Shown here: positions 26,345 to 37,165 of the stretch, piece after piece | Layout: the number at the start of each line of letters is the position of its first letter | How positions within the stretch are numbered: position 1 is the first letter of the stretch | DNA from: Bacteroidetes bacterium QS_8_64_10 | GTDB lineage: Bacteria > Bacteroidota > Rhodothermia > Rhodothermales > Salinibacteraceae | NCBI GenBank assembly: GCA_003022505.1 | Contig: PXTQ01000124.1 | Coordinates: 1-39,717 of the forward strand | Length of the DNA stretch: 39,717 nt | Direction of reading: 5' to 3' | Made by a program: the position numbers and the translations under genes | Notes under the pieces: model-generated | What the model saw: only the letters and a program-made list of their open reading frames with translations | Told to the model about the DNA's origin: nothing | Database searches by the model: none

Positions 26345-26698
26345 TCAAAACGACTCCTCGCCCTCCAGCAGCGTGAAGCTCGGCAGCAGGCTGTGCTGCG
26401 TCGCCAGCATGACGAGCACCTCGGCAGCTTCTTCGGGCACGTCGTGGCGGCTGCGCTCGCGCGTCTCCGTGGCGAGGGCATAGCCGACGGCGTTCTCCTC
26501 CGGCACCTCGTCCTCCCAGGCGGTCGCTTCCTCCACGACGAACGCACCGTGTTCGGGCGCGAAGGCGGCGACGTAGCGCTCCCGCCCTCGCTCGGCGTCC
26601 ACGAGGCTCAGGCAGCCCAGCACGTCGAGTTCCTGATCGTAGAGCAGGGTCTCGGCAATCAGGTGGCGCGTAAACAGTTCCAGCATGAAACCTTTCAT
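26345..26698 (-). CDS. Hypothetical acidic cytoplasmic protein
   Basis: 117 aa from MKGFMLELF..., starting 16 nt downstream of the lipB stop on the same strand. No family recognised. The upstream extension of this ORF overlaps lipB and is not credible. Confidence 0.5.
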   Translation of the reverse strand: MKGFMLELFTRHLIAETLLYDQELDVLGCLSLVDAERGRERYVAAFAPEHGAFVVEEATAWEDEVPEENAVGYALATETRERSRHDVPEEAAEVLVMLATQHSLLPSFTLLEGEESF

Positions 26699-26714
26699 GG
26701 CGTGCGTTTCTCGT

Positions 26715-27440
26715 TCAGCGTTGCGCGTCTTTCGTCTCGTGGAACGCCTCCAGCACGTCGCTCGGGCGGTTGGCGCGGCGCACGTCCACCTCAAAGCAGT
26801 CCGCAAAGTGGCGAAGCAGGTGCGCTTGCACATCGTCCTCATCGACGGGCGCGCCCAGCTCGCGTTCGAGCGACGTGACGCCCCGGTCGTCAATACCGCA
26901 GGGCACGATGTGACCGAAGAAGCGGAGGTCGGTGTTGGCGTTGAGGGCGAGGCCGTGCATCGTCACCCAGCGGCTGCACCGGATGCCCATGGCGCAGACC
27001 TTACGCTCCGGGCCGCGCTCGTCCGGCCCAATCCAGACGCCCGTGCGCCCCTCCACGCGATTGCCGCGCACGCCGTACTCGGCGCAGGTGCGGATGACGA
27101 CCTCTTCGAGCGTGCGCAGGTAGCGGCCCAGATCCGTAAAGAGGCGGTCGAGGTCAAGGATCGGGTAGGCCACGAGCTGACCGGGGCCGTGGTAGGTGAT
27201 GTCGCCGCCCCGGTCGATCTCGTGAAACGACGCGCCGCGCTCGGCCAGTTCGTCCTCACCGAGCAGCAGGTTCGCCGGATCGCCGCTCTTGCCGAGCGTG
27301 TAGACGGGCGGGTGCTCCACCAGCAAGAGCAAATGAGGCACGGTTTCGCCGTCTCGCTTGGCCTCGATGAGCCGCTGCTGGAGCCGCTGCTGGAGCGACC
27401 ACGTGGGCGCGTAGTCGCGGCGGCCTAACTCGCAGGCCAT
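26715..27440 (-). CDS. lipB: Octanoyltransferase (lipoyl(octanoyl) transferase)
   Basis: [44 protein letters not shown]....TMHGLALN and PCGI are collinear with LipB. The start may instead be the upstream ATG at 27500 (basic 20-aa extension). Confidence 0.9.
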   Translation of the reverse strand: MACELGRRDYAPTWSLQQRLQQRLIEAKRDGETVPHLLLLVEHPPVYTLGKSGDPANLLLGEDELAERGASFHEIDRGGDITYHGPGQLVAYPILDLDRLFTDLGRYLRTLEEVVIRTCAEYGVRGNRVEGRTGVWIGPDERGPERKVCAMGIRCSRWVTMHGLALNANTDLRFFGHIVPCGIDDRGVTSLERELGAPVDEDDVQAHLLRHFADCFEVDVRRANRPSDVLEAFHETKDAQR

Positions 27441-27563
27441 CACCCCGGCGGTGCGATGCGTTTCTTCGTTTCTGTGTTTTCGCGTCTTCGCCTTTTTCAT
27501 TCGCCTATCGCTCCTTCCGCTTCGTGACGTTTACAGCTGACACGCGCTGCTTGTTTTTGGGGA

Positions 27564-27583
27564 AGACGCGGCGTGCCGCGTCT
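27564..27583. other. Strong GC stem-loop (8-bp stem, 4-nt loop) between sprA and lipB
   Basis: agacgcgg-cgtg-ccgcgtct. A T-run lies 5' of it on the plus strand, which is an A-run 3' on the minus (coding) strand, so it is not a canonical intrinsic terminator for the sprA-lipB direction. Flanked by C/T-rich 7-8-nt repeats (27505-27529 and 27598-27634). Confidence 0.5.
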
Positions 27584-27634
27584 CTACGAACACGCTCCAT
27601 CGCTTCGTCCTTCCGTCCTCTCGTCCCTTCGTAA

Positions 27635-30600
27635 TCAGTTTTGGATGCTGACGCGAATGTTGACGCCGCCGTCGAGGCGGGTGGTGGAAGGGCGCTGGCT
27701 CTTTTCACTACTGAGCTTCTCGTAGGTCATTGTAAAGTCCGCCGAGACGCGGTTGCTGATGGTATACGAGATGCGCGGCGAGACGTTAATGCGCGAAGAT
27801 CGCTTCAGTTGATTCCGGTTGCTGCCCTGTTTCAGCGCGTTTCCGATGTCGTACTGATAGGGACCGGATTGAGCCGCTTCGCCGAGCGCGTTTTCGAGGC
27901 GATAGCGCGAGTTGTCGTTCAGGGCATAGGAAGCGGAAACCGAGAACTGAATCGTATTGTTGAGGCGCTCGATGGGCAAAAACGGGATGTTCAGGCCTTG
28001 TCGCTGGTACGAGGCATTGAACTGGATCTTGTTTTGCTTCTGCTCGCCGACGGTTTTGTTGCCGGGGCTGAACGAGTAGACGTTGCTCTTCGTCCAGGAG
28101 ATGCTGGTCTGCAAGTTGCCGTTCCAGGAAATGTCGAGGCCCACCAGCGGGCTGAACTGCTCGTTCACGTTCATCCGGCTGATGCGAAACGGCAAGGGAT
28201 CGTACTCCACCTGTCTGTTGGCAAACGGGAAGCTGGCCGTGGCGGAAGAGGAGAACTCGCTGCGATAGCCGGACTGATACGTGGCGTTGTAGCCGTGCTT
28301 GAGCGAGGCGCGCTGCACCCAGTCGGTGATGAAGGGCCACTGCGAGATGCCGGAGGAGGTGATGCGCCAGCCGGGCATGGGGAAGGGGAGAAGACCCCGA
28401 CCGTCTATCGCCCCGAAGCTGGTCACGTAGGCGCTGCGGAAGTCATTGATCGTCGTCTCTTCGGTCAGCACGGTGCGCCCGTCGCTGTTTCCGAGTGAGT
28501 CCTTGATGACGTTGCCGTCCTCCTGGAAGTCCCCCCGGAGCGCTTCAAGCTGGCTCTCGAAGAAGGAGCGGTAGGAGCCGCCGAAGGCCCACGTAGAGGC
28601 GCGGTTGGTACCGTTGCGGTTGGGTGCTTCGCCGATGCAGGCAGGGTTCTGAGTGGCCTGCTCAGTTTCACGCGGGGCAAAGCCGCAGCCCTGCCGATTC
28701 AGGTCCAAGTTGTAGGTCGTGCTGGAGCGCTGATCCCACTCGGTGTTCCAGGTCAGGTTGATCTGGAGGTTGTCGCTGGGCGAGACCGTGGCGTTGGCCG
28801 AAAGCTTGTTGCCGTTGGTCAGCTCGTCCTGCACGCGCAGCGTCGAGTCCATGACGCGGAAGCCCGACGTAGGGTCGAGTTGGCGGTTGAAACCGAACCG
28901 GTAGCTGAAAGGAGGAGCATTGCCCTGAAAGGCGTCCCAGAGGCCGTAGCCGCCCTCCACGCCCTCGATGCCGCCGCTCGAGCCGTACTGCGCGCGCCCC
29001 ACGTGGGAGGCGCTCCCCGACCGGTTGTTTGTGTAGTTGAGGCTTACGTTTTGCACGCTGGTAACGGCCAGCACGCTGCGGCGCAGCACGCTGCTCGGCT
29101 CCGGTAGGTAGGCGATCAGGTCGTCTATCACATTGCTGCTCAGGCTGTCGCTCGGCGCGCCCTTCTGCTGCCCGCCGCCGGCGGCGGCAGTAGTATCCGC
29201 CGGAGCCTGCCGGCCCTGGCCTTGCTGCTGATTCTTGTTTTGCTGCTCGCGCGCCTCGGCTTCGCGCTGCTTCTGCTTTTCGCGCTGCTCCGCCTTTTTC
29301 TGCTTCTCTTCCATTCGCGTGTAGAAATCAAACTTGCGCAGCAGCTTCTGCGGTTGAATTTCCAGCCCCGTCTTGATGCTGGAGTTGACGCTGATATTCG
29401 CGCCGGTGCGGTTGCCGATGGCCCCGTTCGTCCAGTTGTAATTCGCACTGTAATTCAGGTCCTGCGGCTTGATCCAGTCCAGCCATTTGAGGTCGCGCAA
29501 GAATTGCAGGCTCAGCGTCGTGTTGAAGCGCTGGCCGTGGCCTTTCGTATGCACGTCGCCGGGGTCGCTAAAGAGACGGTTCGCCACGCCGCGCGTGGAA
29601 ACCACGTTGAGGCTGTCGCGCTGGTAGGCGGTCATGCCACGGGAGAGCGTGTCTTCCACGTTGTTGGCGCGCGCGTCCGAGATAGTCCTCACGCGGCGGC
29701 CCGTAGAGTCGGTGACGACGACGCTGTACATCGAATCGGCGGAGAGCGGCTTGAGGCTCTGGTTGGTATTCGAGTCGAAGTTCATGCTGAGAAACTCGAA
29801 CGGGCTGTACCGGATGCCGCCGTTGCGTTTGTGCGTGAAGCCCTGCTGGTCGCGCAGTTCGTAGCGCACGCTGGGCGGCAGCGTGCTGGCGCCGGGGGTC
29901 GGGCTGGGACGATCCTTCGAGGCGCTGTAATGGCGCCGCGCCTGGCCCCCGAACCGGACCGAAGACGGGGCGTAGTTGAGCGCCAGATCCGACAGCAGGC
30001 CCACCACCGGCGCTCCCTCCAGAAAGCCGAAGGGGCTTACCGTGTGCGGATTGGCGCTCACTTTGTAATCGAGCGAGGCGTCCCACTCCCACGAGTCGTC
30101 GCGCTGCTCTCTTGGAGAAGCTGACGGACATGGAGCGCGACACCCGGTGCTTCTGGGCCGCGCGGAGGGCGTCATTGCGGGCTTCGGAGTCGTCCAGCTG
30201 GTCGAGGATCTCGGAGACGCGGATGTCGCCCCGGCTGGGCGCGAACTCCGGCGTCGAGGTGTTGGAACTGAGCTGAAAGCTGAAGGGGATGCGCCAGCCG
30301 TAGCGCGCCGGCAGCAACTTGTCGAGGTAAAATTGCGAGTCGAGCGTCCAGTTGAACCTGTTGACCTGCTGGCGGTCGCCGAGGGTGCTGTTGAGCGAGC
30401 CGAAGCCGGACGTGCGCCGCCGGAAGTTGCCGCGCAACGTGCCGAAGTCGGCCAGCTTGATGTTGGCGTTCGCCAGGCCCGCCCAGCCGGGTTTCTGATC
30501 GTAGCCGGCGACGCGCAACTCGTTGATCCACACCTCCAGGCGGCGCAGCGCGCGGCTGCCCACCTCGGCGTCGTAGCGCACGCCCACGACCATCGTCTCG

Positions 30601-33600
30601 ATCTTGCCCAGCGAGGGGTTGCCCTTCACGGCGAGGCGCGTTCCGGGCGGCGCAAAGCAGGTCGACACAATCGGCTCGCCGTCTTCCCCGAGCCGATCGC
30701 TCCAGAACAGGCTGTCGCGCGGGGCGCTACGGTTGTTGCGCACGAACTTGAGCTGGTTCAGGGCGCTGCGCTCGATGTTGACGGAGTTGAGGTCGAGCGG
30801 GCCTTGCCGGTCGGGGCAGGCGGGGTCGCCCCCGTCGTACGGCTGATTGGTCTGCCAGAGATCGTTTTGCTGCTGCACGGTGTATTCGCCGGCAGTCACC
30901 GTCGGCTCGCTGGGCGTAAGCGGCTGCTCGTACTCGTAGTAGTCGGTCGTCTGATTCGCGCCCAGCCGCACAAACAGCTTGACGTGCTCGCGCGCCTCCT
31001 CCGGGACGGTGCGGAGCAGCTGCCCGCCGACGCGCCCGTCCATGTGCACGAACATCCGCAGGTTGGAGTACTTGAGAAGGTTGAGACCTTGATTGAAGGT
31101 TTTGTAGATGGCGCGCTGCTGTTGCGGGCGTAAGTTTTCCACGCGCATCACCAGCGACTGCTCCCGCGTCACCTGCGCGCGCCCGCTGCCGCCCGCCGAG
31201 GGCGACTGATACTTGCGCACGGTGCCGAGCGGGGGGGCGTAGGTGCTGCTGTTTTCTTCGTTGTTGGCGCTGGAGATGGAGAGGCGTGTCTCGTCGGCAC
31301 CGGGAGCGCATGGTGACGGGATTGCGGTGGCCCGTCGTCCACAGCCGGAGGTTCTCGACGAGGCTGAAATCCTGCTTGTCGCCGACGTTGCGCGTGGGCT
31401 TCTGCACCGGGATGCGCACCAGATACCAGTCGTCGGAGGTCTGGCCGCTCTCGTTGCTAATTTTATTAATGACGTAGTCGTCCGGGTTATTGTTGGCCGC
31501 GAGTTCGTCCAGGCGGTCGGGCGCGAGCGGTAGCTCGTACTGAAAGTAGCTGTTGTCCGTGTCGAGCGAGGAGTTGCGGTTCAGGTCCTCACCGTCCGGA
31601 AAGCGCGAGTTGCCGCGCTCGCCGGGCCCGACCTCGTCCTGGCTCTCGTAGCTGTTGAGTTCCTGCCCGGCAAAGTAGTGCGTGAAGCGCTCCTGCAGGC
31701 GGCTCTCGCCGTTGAAGAAGTCGCTCGCGTAGTTGTGGTAGTCATCACCCGACGGGTCCTGGCGAGCGCGATCGACGGCCTCCTCGCAGGGGGCCGTCGT
31801 GCAGCTGTTCGCCATCTCGGTCAAAATCTGATCGTACACCGCCTGCTCGGACAGTTGTTGCCCGTCTTCGGTCACGTAATCTTGCGGAGCGTAAGAGGCC
31901 AGCCCGTCCAGGCCCAAGTCCTCGGTGCGCTGCGGCGAGTCTTCGCTGATGTCCAGCCCGCCGCTCACTGAACCGCCGCCGATCCGGCTCATGGAATCCA
32001 CCAGGCTGGTCGTGCTGAGATCGTTGATGCCGAGGCCGTCTTCCCGGTTGTACTCGCCGTTCGGAATCACGTCCTCAGAGACGGAGCCGAGGTCCAGGAC
32101 GAGGCGCCCGTCGGAGGAGGCGTTTTCGACGTGATACGGCTTGAAGACGAACTCGACGAACTCAATATTTTTGAGGTTAAAGTCGTTGTAGCCTTCGGGC
32201 AGGTTGAGCGTGATGCCGCCCCAGGTCTGTTTGGGGTTGTTGAGGAAGTCCTGGAGGTTGCGGTTGTAGTTGTAGGGGCCGCGCTCGTTCGGGTTGAAGT
32301 ACACGTCGAACGGACTGATCCGGTTGTCGCCGCGCTGCTGATCGGGCTTGTTGGGAAAGACCTGCTTTTGCGGGGGCCGCACGACGGCAGCCGTGAGGTT
32401 GGTGTCGTCACCGAGGCGCTGGACGATGTTCTGGTTGAGCTTGTACCAGCCCATCGAGGCGCGCCAGTTGGAGCGGGTGCGTTCGTCGCCCAGGCCGGGC
32501 CGAGGGGTGGGGAGACCTTCGAGCCGGACGGGGGCAGCGGAGAGGTGCCAGGAGCCGGGTGAGGTCAGCGAGAAGGTGTTCTCGAAGCCTTCGAAGTCGT
32601 CGATGTAGGATATGCCCTCCAGCTCGTCGGACTTAAAGTCCAGCCCTTCCGCTTGTAGCTTCTCGCGGGAGCGCTCGAAGGCGACCGTTTCGCCGTGGCC
32701 GGGGCGCAGGTGCGCCACCTCGCCGCTCACGCTGATGGCGCTGGGGGCTTTCGTCTGTACCAGCGGCAGCGCGTCTACGGCCCACGTGAGCCAGCGCGGT
32801 TCCAGCTCCAGGCTGCCGTCGATGCCCAGAATCGTGTTGGAAACGGGTTCTTCGCCGACGCGAAACTTGTCGACGGGCGAACGCTGCGTCAGGCGCATGG
32901 CCGTTGCGCCGAGCGAGAATCGCTTGCCGAGCTTGTAGTCAGCGCGCGCGCCCAGAAGCGTTTTCTTCTGCACGTTGAACAGCTTGTTTTGCTCGTAGTC
33001 GATCTGAATGTCGCTCCCGGAGGAGAGATAGCGCGGATTCGTAATCGTCACCGTGCCGCCCTGATAGTCCACCACGTAATCCTGGCCTTCCTGAAGTTCG
33101 GTGCCGTTGGAGGTGACGCGCACCGAGCCTTCGACGAGGCCGGAGAAGGCTTTCAGATCGTAGAAGCTGGGCTGGTCGCCCTTGTACGAGCCTTCGATGT
33201 TGTAGATGTTCTGATCGAGGTTTCGCTCGGCCGTCGACTTCTTTTCGAGATAAAGATCGTTAAAGACGTACTTGTTCACCAACTCGTCGCCGCCGCTTTC
33301 TTCCCTGACGACGTTTTCGAGACGCTTCCCGAACGGCTCCAGGTACGGAAAGATGACGAGGCCGTCTTGCTGATCAAGCGTGTACGGGGTCATGTCGAAC
33401 TCGGTGTCCGGTCCTTCCTGGCCGTCTGAGTTCTGGCGGTCCAGGCCCAGCTGATGAAGAAGCCGCTCGCTCGTAGACAGGCCCTCCAGGGTGGTTTGTT
33501 GCGTGGAGCCGGACGGCTCGTAGTAGATGTTGAGATCGAAGCTGGAGGGCTGCAGGTTCGTGGGCCGCAGGAGCTTGAGAACGAGGTGGTCTTCATCCGT

Positions 33601-35096
33601 CGACCCGGTGGACCCGCCGGACTCTTGCAAGAAGTCGCCGATCTTGACGGTGCCGCTGGTGGTTCCGTACTCGAAGGCCACGGCCAGGGCCTGATTCTCT
33701 TTGAGACGCTGATTGAGTGAGATATAGCCGAGGTTCTCGTGCAACTTGTAATCCTGATTCGGCTCCAACAGCTTAAAGTTAGTGCCGATCTGGTAGTTGT
33801 TGTCGCGCAGGTTAATCTCCTCGAAGAACGTCCGGGGATTGGCGTTGCCGGGCCGCACGCGATTTTCCAACTCGCTGGATTCGTACTGGTCCCGGCCCGG
33901 AGCCGGGAGGGCCTTCTGCGTGTAGTTGCGCGGGTTGCCTTCTAAAATCTCGTTGCTTTGCTCGCCGAGGTCCACCATCGCCACGGCGCTGCGCGTTTCG
34001 TCCTGCTGGTTGGTTTGCTGCAGGCGCCATACCTCAATGCGTTCGATCTTGTTAAAACCCTGCTGGAGCGTCAGCGTGTTGGAATTGGCGTGTGCGTCTT
34101 CCCAGGCGTTGCGGAAAAAGTAGCTCAGGAAGAAGTGCTTGCGATCGTCGTATTCGGTCGGCCCCAGCTCGAATTCCTGCTTCTGCACGCCGCCTTCGAG
34201 CGAGAGCGAGTTGGACTGCCCCTCTTGCTGGCTCGCAATGGTGGTCAGGCGCACGCCGCCGAACTGAAACTCGCTTTTGATGCCGAAGAGCTTCTGCCCG
34301 CCGTTAATCAGGGTGGTGGGCGTTTGCAGGAGCACGTTGCCAGCCTCTACGTTCTGGAGAATGTCGTCTTCGTAGCCGGTATAGTCGAGCTTGAGCTGGT
34401 TCTGGTAGTCAAACTGGCTCTGCGTGTCCCAGTCCACGTTCACGCGCAGCTTGTCGCCGATGGTGCCGGTGATGCCAAGCCGAAGGTCTTGCTTGAAAGC
34501 GGGATCGATGGAGCCGACCTGGCCGGTCTGGGCGGCAAACTGGTCGCTGTACCGGTAGTTGAAACCAGCGTGGACCTGCGCCTCGCCGCGAGCGCGCAGG
34601 TCCACCTGCGGCTTGCCGAAGATGGTAGAGAAGGCGCTGGAGCGCCCGCCCGGCACGTCGATGTTGAAGCCCAGCCCGCCGCCTTCTTCCTGGCGACGCC
34701 CGGCATGAACGGTCGCTGGCGAGGCGGGAGCGCGCTCGCCTCCTGCCCGAACAGGGAGTCGGTGCCGATCTCGCGGCGGTTGCGGATCGGCTTCAGGTAG
34801 CGCCGGGTGAGGCGAAACGAATCAATGGGGGCGGCGGCTACGGAGTCGGAATCGGCGGGCGCGGGCTGGGCCAGGCGCACCGAGTCTGAGTCGGCAGGCG
34901 CGGGCCGGGCGAGGCGGACGGAGTCGGTGTCGGCGGGGGCAACGGAGATCGAGCGCCACGACGGACGCACGGACGGAGCGGGGCTGGTGGAGGCCACGCT
35001 GAGCAGCGCGGCCACGATGACGAGCGCGGCAGCTGCGGGCATCAGGAGCATCCGCCGGAGCGCGCGCTTCCGGTTGCCAGGCGAGAAAAGAGGCAC
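27635..35096 (-). pseudogene. sprA: Type IX secretion / gliding-motility protein SprA, reading frame broken at three places in this sequence
   Basis: Four consecutive ORF pieces together give one ~2,480-codon SprA. Piece A (35096 to ~34740) has the signal peptide and RRYLKPIRNRRE. Piece B (~34680-31306) reads FNIDVPGGRSSAFSTIFGKPQVDLRARGEAQVHAGFNYRY...GDKLRVNVDWDTQSQFDYQNQLKLDYTGYEDDILQNVEAGNV...LFGIKSEFQFGGVRLT. Piece C (~31304-30113) reads ...EQSLVMRVENLRPQQQRAIYKTFN...LKYSNLRMFVHMDG. Piece D (~30112-27635) reads ...SWEWDASLDYKV... through to the C-terminal beta-barrel strands. Frames (end coordinate mod 3) run 2, 0, 2, 1. Confidence 0.85.
34840..34939 (-). repeat. 39-nt tandem repeat (about 2.5 copies) encoding PAPADSDSVRLA(R/Q) near the SprA N-terminus
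   Basis: Units at 34840-34878, 34879-34917 and partial 34918-34939. The protein reads DTDSVRLARPAPADSDSVRLAQPAPADSDSVAAAP. Confidence 0.75.
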
Positions 35097-35475
35097 GTAT
35101 CTGCGGCTTAAGCTTTGTTCGACAGGCCGACCTCGCAGTGCAAACTCACGCCGGCACTGCCAAAAACGGGCGGATAACTACGTATGGTCGCTGTCGTAAC
35201 GCTTTGCGCAAATATGCCGTTCTCTGCTTTGTTGAAAAAGTGCGCGCGCCAGAAAGGGTAAGCGCCTGAGCAAAAGTAACCGGCCCGCTGCTTTCTTCTG
35301 GCCTGAGACGTAAGTGGGCGAACGAGATAACTGCTACGTTTTACGACCCATTACCCGGTAAGGGCAAGCAGTAACAGGATCGTCGTTCTTTTGTTCGCAT
35401 CGTGCATCTTTTTTGACCCGTCCGGTTGCGCGAGCCGAACGGCCCCGTGGGGAGGGGAGCGGAATCGCCCGTCGC

Positions 35476-37165
35476 TTACTTGTTGTCGTTGCCACTCGTT
35501 GTCGGAGTGGGCGTGAGCTTAGTGCTCCGCTGCTGGGCGCCTTGCTCGCCGGCGTCGGAGATGCGAGCCAGCCTCTCGGCGCGCTCCCAGTGCCGAAGCG
35601 CCTCCTGCAGCTCGGCGTCTACCTTGTTGTAGATCGGGTACTGCGCCCCCGCGCCGTACAACTGACGCGCCACGTACGATTTCAGCCAGGTGCGGAAGAA
35701 CGCTGTGTTCGCGCGCACGTCCTGCGCCGCAAAGACGCCTTCCTCGATGTTGACGGAATCAGGGTTCTGGGTCAGGTCGAAGTCGTCGCGGCTCTTGGCG
35801 TAGCCGAAGAACTGATTGATCACGTCGGAGCTGACGGAGTAGTTGTTCACGTACTCGTTCTGCCGCTCGCTCCACTCGTTGCGAAGCCCATCCTCGTTGC
35901 GCAAGAACCAGTCGCGGGCGAGCAGGTCGAGGCCGTTTTGCCGGGCCACCTTCACGAGCTTCGCCTCGGTGCTGTCGTGCGGGATGAAGTAGTCCGGCAG
36001 GATGCCGCCTCCGCCGAAGACCGTGCGCCCGTGCTCGGTCTGGTACGTCAGCGAGTCGGGCACGCTCTTGCGGTATTCGCTCACGTTGTAAGCCGTCTCG
36101 CCGAGCGACTCGAACTTGTTCTCGTAGTACTCCTTCTTGTCGCCGTCCTCGTAGGGCGTCTGGATGAGGCGGCCCGACGGCGTGTGGTAGCGGGAGACGG
36201 TCATCTGCAGGACGCTGCCGTCCGAAAGCTGAAACGGGTGCTGAACGAGGCCCTTGCCGAAGGTGCGCTGCCCCACGATCAGGGCGCGGTCGTGATCCTG
36301 CAGGGCACCGGCTACGATCTCGGAGGCCGAGGCCGATTCCTCGTTCACGAGCACGATCACAGGCTTGCTTTCCACCGGGTCGTCGCTCGACGAGGAGTAC
36401 GATTCGTTGTAATCTTCGTTGCGGCCCTCCGTGTACACGACGGTCTGATCGCCCTTCAGCATGTCGTCCGCCATCGAGATGGCCGCATCCATGACGCCGC
36501 CGGGGTTGCTGCGCAGGTCCAGCACGAGGCGCTGCATCCCCTTCTCGTCCAGCTTGGTGACAGCCTTGCGAAACTCGTCGGGCGTGGTCTTGGCGAAGCG
36601 GCTGACGCGCACGTACCCGGTCTTCGCGTCCTCCATCATGTGGGCCGAGTTGACCGTCTTGAGCGGAATCTTGCCGCGCTCAATGGTGAAGTGAATCGGC
36701 TCGTTGCGCCCGCTGCGCTTCACGGTCACGTCGACCTCCGTACCGATCTCGCCCTTGAGGTGCTTCCGCACTTCGTTGGAGGAGAAGCCGATGGCCGAGG
36801 AGTCGTTGACGGCGATGATACGGTCTCCAGCCATTACGCCCACCTCCTCGGACGGGCCGCCGGGGATCGTCGAGATGACGCGCGCGGTGTCGTCGGGCAC
36901 GTCGCTCGACGCGCTTGGCGGAAATATACGAGGAATGCGGGTCCAGCTCTTCCAGCATCCCGTCGATGGCCTTCTTCGCTATGTTTTCGGAGTCGACCTT
37001 CTCCACATACTGCTTGTCGATGATGCGGAAGGCTTCGTTCAGCTTGCGAAGCTGCGCGAGCGTGTCGTCGTCGCCGAGGCTCGCTTCCAGCTTCATGCCC
37101 AGCCCCGTGCCGATGACGAGCAGGAGCAGGGCGGAGATGAGGTACAGCGTTTTTTTATTACGCAT
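35476..37165 (-). pseudogene. ctp: C-terminal processing peptidase (S41, Ctp/Prc family), frame broken once near 36900
   Basis: The N-terminal piece (37165 to ~36905) is MRNKKTLYLISALLLLV...AIDGMLEELDPHSSYISAKRVE. The C-terminal piece (~36900-35476) is PDDTARVISTIPGGPSEEVGVMAGDRIIAVND (PDZ) ...LVLDLRSNPGG..., VNEESASASEIVAGALQD and RTFGKGLVQ (S41 Ser/Lys region). The two pieces lie in different frames. Confidence 0.85.

Noticed and set aside
27564-27583. Stem-loop between sprA and lipB as an intrinsic terminator
   Set aside because: On the coding (minus) strand the hairpin is followed by CCCCAAAAAC rather than a U-tract. On the plus strand the T-run precedes the stem. It is recorded as a structure only.
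35413-37023. 536-aa plus-strand ORF opposite the S41 protease
   Set aside because: Antisense shadow. The composition is dominated by Arg/Val/Ala/Leu/His with no recognisable domain.
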